Shown piece after piece: positions 1 through 10,294 of a DNA stretch of 64,000 bases; positions within the stretch are counted from its first letter, which is position 1; the number at the start of each line of letters is the position of its first letter. The notes under the pieces are model-generated. The model saw only the letters and a program-made list of their open reading frames with translations. It ran no database searches and was not told the DNA's origin. The stretch lies in the NCBI GenBank assembly GCA_963840645.1, contig CAWIZL010000002.1:209663-273662 (forward strand), read 5' to 3'. The DNA comes from Candidatus Doudnabacteria bacterium (GTDB lineage: Bacteria > Patescibacteriota > Doudnabacteria > UBA920 > VMFF01). Position numbers and translations under genes: made by a program.

Positions 1-130
1 CAACCCCGACACCGACACCTACGCCAACTCCGACACCAACGCCGACACCTACGCCAACTCCGACGCCAACTCCGACGCCAACGCCAACGCCGACGCCAAC
101 GCCGACGCCAACTCCGACGCCAACGCCCGG
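1..130 (+). repeat. Imperfect ACN-CCN tandem repeat encoding a (Thr-Pro)n linker; a coding low-complexity repeat
   Basis: CCGACACCTACGCCAACTCCGACACCAACG... iterates for about 130 nt and is in frame with the downstream ORF. Confidence 0.85.
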
Positions 131-1190
131 GTCGCCGTGCACCATCACCAGTTTCTCGGCAAGCCCAACTGTTATATCGAACGGTAGCTCATCAACCCTC
201 TCGTGGTCATCAACAAACTGCACATCTGCAGTTATCAGTCCTGGTATTGGTTTTACGTGGCCGAACGGTAGTGCCCCAGTTTGGCCAGGCACCACCACCA
301 CGTACACGCTGACTGCGACTGATGGCACTAACTTTCCAACTGCCAACACAACTGTGACCGTGACGTTGGCACCATCTGTCCCATCAGCCCCATCTCCTCC
401 TGTTGTTGATCAAAACTACCAAACTTCTAGTGGCGCTGTTTCCTGCAACTCCATCCAAATTTCTTGGAGCGGCGTTGGTGGTGCTGATTCGTACGGAATC
501 TACCGCAGCACCACAAACTCTATTCCTGGTTTGCCGTGGCAGTCTGGCATTGTGCCAACGTCGTACACCTACTCAGATCCAACCAACACGGCCTACTACT
601 ACTGGGTCGCAGCGCACAATTCATTTGGCTACTCTTCAGGGACGCAGGCAGCACCAGCTCCGATTTCATCTACACCGTGCGAGGTGAACCTCAGCTCTTC
701 GGCCAAGACATTCACAGAGGTGCAGCCTGGCGGGTCTGGTTCGTTCGAGCCAATAGCATCTGCACCTTCCATAAACGCCGGGGATGTTGTGCAGGTTCAG
801 GTTCAGCTCATCAACTCAGGTACCCTTGATGCGACCAACGTGGTGCTCACAGACACCCCGACGAACTTGATAAACCCAAGAGGCTTTCAGCTGAACGGCT
901 CGCCTTGGGCAGTTGGATCTCTGCCATCAACAGGCGCGTTTGTCCTGCCATCCATTGCAAGAATTTCTGCAAGCACCACCACAACTGTAACGTTTGACGA
1001 GACAGTGACCGCACCGTCTGGAAGCCAGGTTGGCCTCTACAGATTTTCAAACATTTTGGGGATCTCGGCATCGCCACAGGTCGGCAGCAACTGTACCTCA
1101 CTATCTGCAGGTTCGTGCAGCATTGCCAGCGGCAGCGTGCCGTTCCACTACGGGTCAGGTGGCACATCAATCCACGAGGTCGCACCATGA
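1..1190 (+). CDS. Secreted/cell-surface protein, C-terminal part (5' end lies outside the window): (Thr-Pro)n linker, Ig-like and FN3-like modules, DUF11/CARDB-like segment
   Basis: Frame 3 is open from nt 3 to the TGA at 1188-1190, so the ORF-track start at 354 is only an internal start codon. Translation gives TPTPTP..., then SFSASPTVISNGSSSTLSWSS...TYTLTATDG, ISWSGVGGADSYGIYRS...YYYWVAAHNSFGYSS, and LINSGTLDATNVVLTDT. Confidence 0.7.
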   Translation, partial: TPTPTPTPTPTPTPTPTPTPTPTPTPTPTPTPTPTPTPTPTPGSPCTITSFSASPTVISNGSSSTLSWSSTNCTSAVISPGIGFTWPNGSAPVWPGTTTTYTLTATDGTNFPTANTTVTVTLAPSVPSAPSPPVVDQNYQTSSGAVSCNSIQISWSGVGGADSYGIYRSTTNSIPGLPWQSGIVPTSYTYSDPTNTAYYYWVAAHNSFGYSSGTQAAPAPISSTPCEVNLSSSAKTFTEVQPGGSGSFEPIASAPSINAGDVVQVQVQLINSGTLDATNVVLTDTPTNLINPRGFQLNGSPWAVGSLPSTGAFVLPSIARISASTTTTVTFDETVTAPSGSQVGLYRFSNILGISASPQVGSNCTSLSAGSCSIASGSVPFHYGSGGTSIHEVAP

Positions 1191-1714
1191 GTAACATCAA
1201 ACGTATGAAAACAGACACAATTTTTGCGTGGGTTCTCGGCATTGTTCTGGTTGCAGTGTTCATTGTGCTCGCCGTTGCGCTGCACCAGCACGGTTCTAGC
1301 AGTGCTCAGCCTGCCAACGCAGGGCAAACAGGTGGAACTGCGCAACAGTCACCAACGAGCCAGCCAATTTCTTCGTTGTCAGACCCAAAGTTCCAGAGCG
1401 TCCTCACAGGAGTGCCAGGCACGTCGAGCTACGCAGCAATAGTGGCAGCACAGGGAGTGGCAACACCTGCCATTCACATCACGGACTGCAAACCGTACCC
1501 ACAGGTCTCTGCTGTGACGATTGGCCAGCCAGTGGAAATTTACAACACTGACAGCGTTGCCAGAACCCTGAAAGGGTCTACTGGCAGCAGCTTCAGCGTT
1601 ACCGTTCCGGCAAAGGGCAGCACGTCCTTCACGTTCCACGCTGCCAGCCAGCCAACTGCATTCAACTACACGTGCAACGGCACAGTAGCTGGCGCAATTG
1701 TAACCTCAAACTAG
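1187..1714 (+). CDS. Membrane-anchored hypothetical protein with a C-terminal two-cysteine beta-sandwich (cupredoxin-like) domain
   Basis: The ATG at 1187 overlaps the upstream stop (ATGA). MSNIKRMKTDTIFAWVLGIVLVAVFIVLAVAL is a signal-anchor TM. The C-terminus reads HITDCKPYPQVSAVTIGQPVEIYNTD...FNYTCNG. It is a paralogue of 33008..33481. Confidence 0.6.
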   Translation: MSNIKRMKTDTIFAWVLGIVLVAVFIVLAVALHQHGSSSAQPANAGQTGGTAQQSPTSQPISSLSDPKFQSVLTGVPGTSSYAAIVAAQGVATPAIHITDCKPYPQVSAVTIGQPVEIYNTDSVARTLKGSTGSSFSVTVPAKGSTSFTFHAASQPTAFNYTCNGTVAGAIVTSN

Positions 1715-2403
1715 TGTTGCCAGTCCGGGGCAGGTGCGAGGCTGGGCAGACGCTCATTGAGACAGTCGTTGCCATTGCCATGCTGACAACTGGGGTGATT
1801 GTTGCCATGAGCCTGGCAGTGTACTCGTCTAGCTCAGCTGGTGATTCAACCAACCAAATTGTTGGCACTGAGCTGGCTAGGCAGGGCCCGAGGGAGTGAG
1901 AAACATGCGTGATTCAAACTGGCTGAATGCCACCAACGATCCTCTCTCCACCTGCGCAGAGTACGGGTCAGGCCAGTGCTACCCAAACTGGCTCGGGTGG
2001 CTCGGTGACCCAAACAGCATCAGCGTTGGCAACTACGCAATGGACATGTTAACCTACGGCGCAAGCCCAACCTACAGCGCAGAGCTCGTGAACCCTGGCA
2101 CCCTGCTAAACGGCAACGGCTACCAGCTCTACTACAATGCTCCATCAGGCCAGTTCTCGGTGAACCAAATTTCACCTGGGGATACGCTGTCGGTTTACAG
2201 CCGTGAGGTTGGTGTTACAGAGCAAACAGGCTTTGTGCCAAGTCTCAACGCAACGTACTCTCCTGCAAACCCACTGGTCACCGTGACCTCAACAGTGTGG
2301 TGGTCAAACAGGCACTGCCCGGCAACGGCAAGCCCTGCTACGCTACCGGCAAGTTGCCAGGTTGCAGTTGAGCACGTACCTCACGAACTGGAGGAACTTT
2401 TAA
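1714..2403 (+). CDS. Type IV pilin-like (pseudopilin) protein, interrupted by two compensating frameshifts (ORF pieces 1672..1899 and 1896..2531)
   Basis: A GTG/TTG start at 1714/1717 gives MLPVRGRCEAG|QTLIETVVAIAMLTTGVIVAM, a prepilin-type N-terminal motif. The frame changes at about 1885-1897 (..ELARQG / PEGVRNMRDSNWL). It returns to the first frame at about 2370 and ends ..TYLTNWRNF-TAA at 2401-2403, directly abutting the next ATG. Confidence 0.6.
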
Positions 2404-3054
2404 ATGGAGAGCAAAAACAACTCAACCCGTGCGGCCAACAGCGGATTTACGCTCATCGAGATCATCGTGTCTACCGCGCTCTTCGTGGTTATCGTGAGTG
2501 CACTCGTGGGGCTGTACCTGCAGGCAATTGACCTCAGCAACAGGGCTGACACCACCCGCACCGCAGCGCAGAACGCACGCGATCTGAGCGAGTCTCTGGC
2601 AAAAGATGTTAGGAATGGAACCATTGACTTTGGGGACGAGGGTGCCGTGGAATCGCCGTGCAATGGTAGCCCATCGAGCCCAACGCCACAGGGTGAGGCG
2701 AGCCTCGGGGTGTTGACCGTTGACGGCGCCCACAACTGCCTCTACCTTGGCGATGCGGCCAGCGGGGGAGGCAACCCACCGTACGATCCGAACGGCAAGT
2801 ACCTGTACCTCATAAGAAATACAGAGCCAGCACAGCTCTTGAACTCACCGAATTTATCTATCAACAGCTTCAAGGTGTACATCTTGCCAACATCCGATCC
2901 AGCCAGTGGCAGCAACCAAGAAGAGCTGGTCTCAATCGTCGGCAGTGTCAGTGCAGTATCAGGATCTGCGAACAACACAGTGCCACAGGACACCGCCGTG
3001 ATTCCTCTCGATGTAACCATTTCAATACCAGACTATGGATACTCACCGCACTAG
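2404..3054 (+). CDS. Prepilin-type N-terminal cleavage/methylation domain protein (minor pilin, PilW/GspJ-like)
   Basis: MESKNNSTRAANSG|FTLIEIIVSTALFVVIVSALVGLYL is the canonical G|FTLIE class III signal. Confidence 0.8.
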   Translation: MESKNNSTRAANSGFTLIEIIVSTALFVVIVSALVGLYLQAIDLSNRADTTRTAAQNARDLSESLAKDVRNGTIDFGDEGAVESPCNGSPSSPTPQGEASLGVLTVDGAHNCLYLGDAASGGGNPPYDPNGKYLYLIRNTEPAQLLNSPNLSINSFKVYILPTSDPASGSNQEELVSIVGSVSAVSGSANNTVPQDTAVIPLDVTISIPDYGYSPH

Positions 3055-3774
3055 GCAGGAAGGCATAACCCTCTTGCTCACCATCCTGATCCTCGCTGCC
3101 CTGTCAACGATTATTTTTGGATTGGCTGCTGTCACGCTCCAAGAGGTTCGCACGTCCAGCGACACCACCATATCAGAGCGAGTTATTTCGTCGGATGAGG
3201 CAATGAACGAGTACTCAATGTACGCGCTCACCAGGGGCAGTGCGTACGGAAGCATTTCCAGCAACTGCGGGACGCCGACTGCCTTGACCCTAAACAGCGT
3301 GCAGGTGAGTGCGTGCGCAGCTGAGTACGACCCAAGCCCTTACTCGTTCACGGTTCCTGCGGCTGCAACCCAGCCATTTCTCCTCTTTAACCCGTCAGAT
3401 TGGTACGGCACGAGCTGCAGCATGAGCGGGACAAACTGTCCTGGGTACACCTCCGTCACCATTACCCAGAACAGTGGAAGCCCCACTGGCGTGTACCTTT
3501 GTAACTGGTCAACGACTGGTTGCGATCCAGCTACTGACTACGGCAGTACAACAGTGGCACCTGGAAGTCCGTGGATGAGCCGGCCCTGAGCGCAACGAGC
3601 CAGTACCAGCTTGTGGTCGACAACCCTACAGGTGCCGGGGTAAACTACGTAATGGCCACGACCACGTCCTCTTCGCCTGCTTACGGGTCACCATCTGATA
3701 CAACAGAGCTCACCGTGAGCGGTACGCTAGAGGGGATAACTAGAAAACTGCAGGGTACTGTTGGGCAGCCGTAG
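3035..3774 (+). CDS. PilX-like minor pilin, interrupted by one frameshift (ORF pieces 3035..3589 and 3571..3774)
   Basis: The N-terminus RTRQEGITLLLTILILAALSTIIFGLA is PilX_N-like. The reading continues in frame 1 from about 3570 (..APGS / VDEPALSATSQYQLVV...TLEGITRKLQGTV). Confidence 0.55.
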
Positions 3775-3785
3775 CCTTCGGGTAC

Positions 3786-3827
3786 AAAAAAGAAGTTTTT
3801 GCTCCGGATAGTTTTAACTTCTTTTTT
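3786..3827. terminator. Bidirectional intrinsic terminator between convergent genes
   Basis: AAAAAAGAAGTT...AACTTCTTTTTT: an A-tract, hairpin and T-tract lie between the stop at 3774 (+) and the stop at 3842 (-). Confidence 0.6.
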
Positions 3828-3841
3828 GTGCCGAGTACCTA

Positions 3842-4228
3842 CTATTGCACTGGGACTTTGAGGGTTGAACCAAGTTTTAAGGTGTACGGGGCTTTCAGGT
3901 TATTCAGCTCAGCAAGGATTTCCCAGCTCGTGTTGTTCGCCTGTGCAACGCTGAAGAGCGTGTCACCCGACTGCACCGTGTAGGTGCTGTACGTTGTCTT
4001 GCTGTACGCCCCGAGCACTGCTGGCTGTACGTTCTGCGATGTTGCAAGTGTTTGGGAGTTTGCCGTGTGGCTGGCAGCTACGTTTTTGACAATGTTCACC
4101 GCGAGCAGGACAGAAAAAATTGTGAGGACAATGCCGCCTGTCTTATAGAGCGTTGACTGCGAAGATGGGTCAGACACGCCGAGCTTGAGTGATTCAGAGA
4201 GCTGTATCTTTTGTTTGTTTTTCGGCAT
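3842..4228 (-). CDS. LysM domain protein with N-terminal membrane anchor
   Basis: The start MPKNKQK (ATG at 4228) is chosen because the longer ORF-track version overlaps ligA. TM segment GGIVLTIFSVLLAVNIV. C-terminal LysM motif YTVQSGDTLFSVAQANNTSWEILAELNNL...LKLGSTLKVP. Confidence 0.8.
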   Translation of the reverse strand: MPKNKQKIQLSESLKLGVSDPSSQSTLYKTGGIVLTIFSVLLAVNIVKNVAASHTANSQTLATSQNVQPAVLGAYSKTTYSTYTVQSGDTLFSVAQANNTSWEILAELNNLKAPYTLKLGSTLKVPVQ

Positions 4229-4318
4229 TGATTTTGTTAATCTAAATTTAATTATAGGAGTTAATGTACCTGTTGTAAAGCTGTGGAAAAGTAGGGGATA
4301 TGGTGTTAAGATAAATGT

Positions 4319-6336
<2,018 letters not shown>

Positions 6337-6403
6337 CCCGTCTGATTTGACGTTGTGCGCGCGGCGGCATTCCCGCGCCGTGCACCCCTATTTTTTAAGG
6401 CTC

Positions 6404-6432
6404 TTGACAAACATTTCAGCCTCGAATATACT
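6404..6432 (+). promoter_or_regulatory. Sigma70-type promoter upstream of the 23S-5S rRNA locus
   Basis: TTGACA (6404-6409), a 17-nt spacer, TATACT (6427-6432), preceded by an A/T-rich tract. Confidence 0.6.
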
Positions 6433-7541
6433 CTCAACAGACTTGAATTTGAACGAGAAAAGCGTAGGTCAAAAGGTTAGCAAAAACCGTAAGATTCCCT
6501 AAAGATTCTTAGCAAAACGCACATGTTTACTTCCACATTAACACCAGAAAAGAGCGGCAGCTTCTAGCCACACATTTTACTGTGTACCTAGCAGCCGCTA
6601 CTGAGCGGTTTTTTGTTGGTTCAGGAACCTTTCAAAATTGTTGTCACATACTTACTGCCCAGGCCAGTATTTACTCGGGTCGAATTAGGGCAGTAGCTAC
6701 GTGATCGCAATACAGCACGACAATAGGCAGTCAACCAGGCGAGCGACACACTGCACATTAACAATTCAATAGTGGCAATCTAGCAGTTGAACGATCAACC
6801 CAACTGTATAGATATGTAAATTCATTGTTAGTGAACAAAGTCCAAATCACCATAAGATTCTAGTGTACAGAAAGCATTCGTCTAACGAGATTGCAGTTGT
6901 AAATTGCTAGTCAAGTTAAGAAGAATTAAAACAGAGAAGGGTATGCGGTGGATGCCTTGGCAATGTCAGCCGATGAAAGACGTGACAGCCTGCGATAAGC
7001 TCCGGGGAGGTGGCAGTAACCTATGATCCGAAGATTTCTGAATGGGGAAACCCACGCACGTGAAGCGTGCGTGCCAATGCACAGAGGTGTGCGTTGTGCG
7101 GGAACCGTGTGAAGTGAAACATCTCAGTAACACCAGGAAAATAAATCAATCTGTCGCAAGACAGGCGAGATTCCCTAAGTAGTGGCGAGCGAACGGGGAA
7201 AAGTAAAGTTATTTATATGATTGGATCCTATAGTTGGGTTCAGTCGATATAGGTAATCTTTCAGCCTAAACTATCCATGTGTTTGTTGTACGCAATACAA
7301 TTATTAAAGCTTACAGGCGTTGCATGGGTAGTGTAACAAGAGGGGTTGTGCGCTGCTGTAGAAGCGCGGAGGTACATTCAAGTGTTTAGCAGAACACGCC
7401 TGGAAAGGCGGACCAAAGAGGGTGATAGTCCCGTATCGCGAAAAACCATGCAATATTCCTAACTTTTTCTTAAGTACAACCAGACACGAGAAATCTGGTT
7501 GGAAATCGGGTCGACTAAGATCCAAGGCTAAATACTCATAT

Positions 7542-7582
<41 letters not shown>

Positions 7583-8264
7583 CACCCCGGAAGGGGAATG
7601 AAATAGTATCTGAAACCGTATACTTACAAGGAGTGGAAGCCCGTAGCAGTGTTTACACTGCTGGGTAACCGCGTGCCTATTGAAGAATGATCCAACGAGT
7701 TAATCTTATACGTGCTTATTAAGCCTTATCAAAGGCGAAATCGTAGTGAAAGCGAGGATGAATAGTCCGCATTAAGAGAATAGTTGATAGTTAGTAGTTA
7801 ATAGCTGGGGATTGTGCGCAGCAGACCGTTGCAATGCCGTCTATTAACTACTAACTATTAGCTATTACTCTTAAATGTCGCATGAGTTAGACCCGAAACC
7901 CAGTGAGCTACTCATGGCCAGGATGAACGTTATGTAAAAGTAACGGGAGGTCCGAACCCACTATTGCTCGCAAAAATAGGGGATGAACTGTGAGTAGGGG
8001 AGAAATTCCAATCGAACTGGGTGATAGCTGGTTCTCCTCGAAATAGCTTTAGGGCTAGCGTCAGATGTTCCCTTGAGAGGTAGAGCACTGAATGGAAACC
8101 TGCTGCGCAAGCGGTAGTCTCCAACCAAACTCCGAATTCTAAAGGTCAAGAGTCTGGCAGTCAGTCCGTGAGGTCTAAGCTTCACGCGACAAATGGAGAA
8201 GAATCCACACCATCGTCTAAGGCCCCCAAATCCTAGCTATAGTGCAAAGGATGTGGGATTGCCC

Positions 8265-8301
<37 letters not shown>

Positions 8302-8997
8302 TAAAGAAAGCGTAACAGCTCACTGGTCAAGCGATCCTGCGCCGACAATATATAGGGGCTAAGCTAGGTGCCGAAGACATGGATTGGCTCGACTTCATTG
8401 CGAGTCAGTGGTAGAGGAGTGTTCTGTACAGCGCTGAAGCGGTATGCGTAAGCGGCCGTGGACGTGCACAAGCAAGAATGTTGGAATAAGTAATATATAT
8501 AGAGGTGAGAATCCTCTTCGCCGAATATCCAAGGTTTCCAGGGCAACGATCGTCGTCCCTGGGTTAGTCGATCCTAAGAGTGGGCCCCAAGGGGTCCACC
8601 CGATGGAAAATACGGTTGATATTCCATAACCACTTTACAATTATCTAAGGCGGAACGCATCATGATAGCGCTGGCGTCATCTGACTATTGGCGTTGTTGT
8701 CTTGTAGGATGAGTTCCAGGCAAATCCGGAGCTCCTATGTTTTGTATATCTACCTCGCAAGAGATGAGATGCAAAACTGTAAATCTCGAAGAGTGCGAAG
8801 AAATCCTGGCAACGGGGATTGGCGTGAATCAAGGTGTCAAGAAAAACGTCGTAGTCACGTTATATGGTGACCGTACCGTAAACCGACACAGGTGGATGGG
8901 GAGAGAATCCCAAGGCGTCCGGATCAATGTTCGTTAAGGAACTCGGCAAAATAAGCGGTCGTACCTTCGGTATATGCCTGACCTTTCATATGCTGGG

Positions 8998-9365
8998 TTG
9001 TGGGTTAAATTAAATGTGAGTGTGCGACTTCATAGCTACAACGGTGGAGGTTCCTCCACTGGGTAAAATCAGGAGGTCGTAGGTTCGATCCCTACTAGTC
9101 GCGCCAAATTGAAGTTGGAAGAATTCACAAGTCTGTACGTTCTCTGTCAATCCTCCGCGGCGGATGAGCGAAAGATTTCGGATTCTGGGAAACGTTGTGT
9201 CGATGCACCCGTCGTTCACTTGCAACAAGACTGAACAGAGATGCTGTCATGCACTGCTTCGTTTATCTACAGAGAGTGGTGTAGCCGCTCATAGCGGCAT
9301 ACCACTCTCAACCACTCGGTCGGACTGGCTGTGATTCTCCCGAGTATAGAACCATCCATCCACTA
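8998..9365 (+). other. About 370-nt expansion segment or intervening sequence inserted at the tip of 23S helix 63
   Basis: It is closed by CATATGCTGGG (8987-8997) pairing with CCCAGCATAT (9366-9375). It lies between the conserved GGAACTCGGCAAA and CGACTGTTTACC blocks. It contains GNRA-capped hairpins and a tRNA-like module. Confidence 0.6.
9024..9106 (+). other. tRNA-like module (acceptor stem, degenerate D-arm, canonical T-arm, encoded CCA) embedded in the 23S expansion; not a canonical tRNA
   Basis: GCGACTT (9024-9030) pairs 6/7 with TAGTCGC (9096-9102), followed by G-CCA. The T-arm is GTAGG-TTCGATC-CCTAC (9079-9095). A D-arm remnant reads TAGCTACAACGGTGGAGG. There is no 5-bp/7-nt anticodon arm; instead there is a CCTCC/GGAGG stem with a 14-nt loop, or alternatively a GTGGAGG/CCTCCAC hairpin. 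Confidence 0.5.
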
Positions 9366-9540
9366 CCCAGCATATTAAAGGCCCGCAGCGAAAGATCTCT
9401 CCCGACTGTTTACCAAAAACTTAGGTCCGTGCTAAAGCGCAAGCTGATGTATACGGGCTGATGCCTGGCCAGTGTCAGAAGGTTAAACCGGTGTGGCGCA
9501 AGCCTCGGCTCAAGCCCTGATGAACGCCGGCAGTAACTAT

Positions 9541-10280
9541 GAACAATTGTAGTTATAAAATTTGGCTATTTGCGGGGATCTCTGTGCACACATGTTTCGT
9601 CATGAGGTGCTTAAAGCTGGTAGTACTCGTCTGAAATATGACAGTAAAAATCTATCAGATACAGACAATCCGCAGGGAAGATTCACTGAAAAGATCCATA
9701 CAAGGAGAATAATATATGGATCAAAGTTGGCTCAAAGAGATTCCGACAGAAAAAGGTTACTACTTTGCAGGTTTCGTAGATGGAGAAGGTAGCTTCAACG
9801 TTTCATTACGTAAGCGATCTGATCATGCAGTACACTGGCAAATAATTCTAACCTTCAATGTCTCCCAGCGCGATCTTGTCGTTTTGTCTCAAATGAAAAA
9901 ATATTTGGGATGCGGCAGGTTATTCGCTAGGAAAGATGGTGTGAACTGTTACATAGTTCAAAACCCATCTGCAATCCAGGAAAGGATTATTCCTTTCTTC
10001 AAGCGGTTTCCTTTTTTATCCGCTAATAAAAAAAAGAACTTCTCGATCTTTGTCCAAATTGCAGATTTGGTCAGCAGCAAGCAGCATCTTACAGAAGATG
10101 GCCTGCGAATCGTTCATTTAAGAGAAAAGCTAAATGAAGGTAAAGGTAGGAAGCGCAAGTACAACTTATCAGATTATTTAGGATCTGACAGCGAAAACCC
10201 TCAACGACTACACGCCGAACGCCAAGAAATTGGTGATGATATAGTCTGATCTGCACGGAGACGTGCAGCAAACACACATG
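9541..10280 (+). mobile_element. Group I intron in 23S rRNA at the E. coli-equivalent site 1917, carrying a LAGLIDADG homing-endonuclease ORF
   Basis: The 5' exon ends ..AACTAT (U at -1). The internal guide GTAGTT (9549-9554) pairs with AACTAT. Core elements are P ATTTGCGGGG (about 9568), Q AATCCGCAGG (about 9667), R TCAACGACTACACG (10201) and S GATATAGTC (about 10238). The intron ends ..CACATG (terminal G). Removing it restores GTAACTAT|AACTGTCC. Confidence 0.8.
9716..10249 (+). CDS. LAGLIDADG homing endonuclease (single-motif, I-CreI-like homodimer type), intron-encoded
   Basis: Contains KGYYFAGFVDGEGSFNVSL (LAGLIDADG motif) and ..IIPFFKRFPFLSANKKKNF. The C-terminal codons run into the intron R/S core. 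Confidence 0.9.
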   Translation: MDQSWLKEIPTEKGYYFAGFVDGEGSFNVSLRKRSDHAVHWQIILTFNVSQRDLVVLSQMKKYLGCGRLFARKDGVNCYIVQNPSAIQERIIPFFKRFPFLSANKKKNFSIFVQIADLVSSKQHLTEDGLRIVHLREKLNEGKGRKRKYNLSDYLGSDSENPQRLHAERQEIGDDIV

Positions 10281-10294
10281 AACTGTCCTATGGT

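Noticed and set aside
1-130. A regular short-period repeat at the window start that could be mistaken for a CRISPR array, a tandem repeat or a satellite.
   Set aside because: The period is 6 nt (ACN CCN) with no spacers. It is in frame with the downstream ORF and encodes a (Thr-Pro)n linker, like the other PT linkers at 30.08 kb, 27.42 kb and 42.7 kb.
9024-9106. A genuine extra tRNA gene inside the 23S insertion.
   Set aside because: There is no 5-bp/7-nt anticodon arm, the D-stem cannot pair, and one acceptor pair is a U-U mismatch. It is treated as a tRNA-like module or pseudogene, not as a decoding tRNA.
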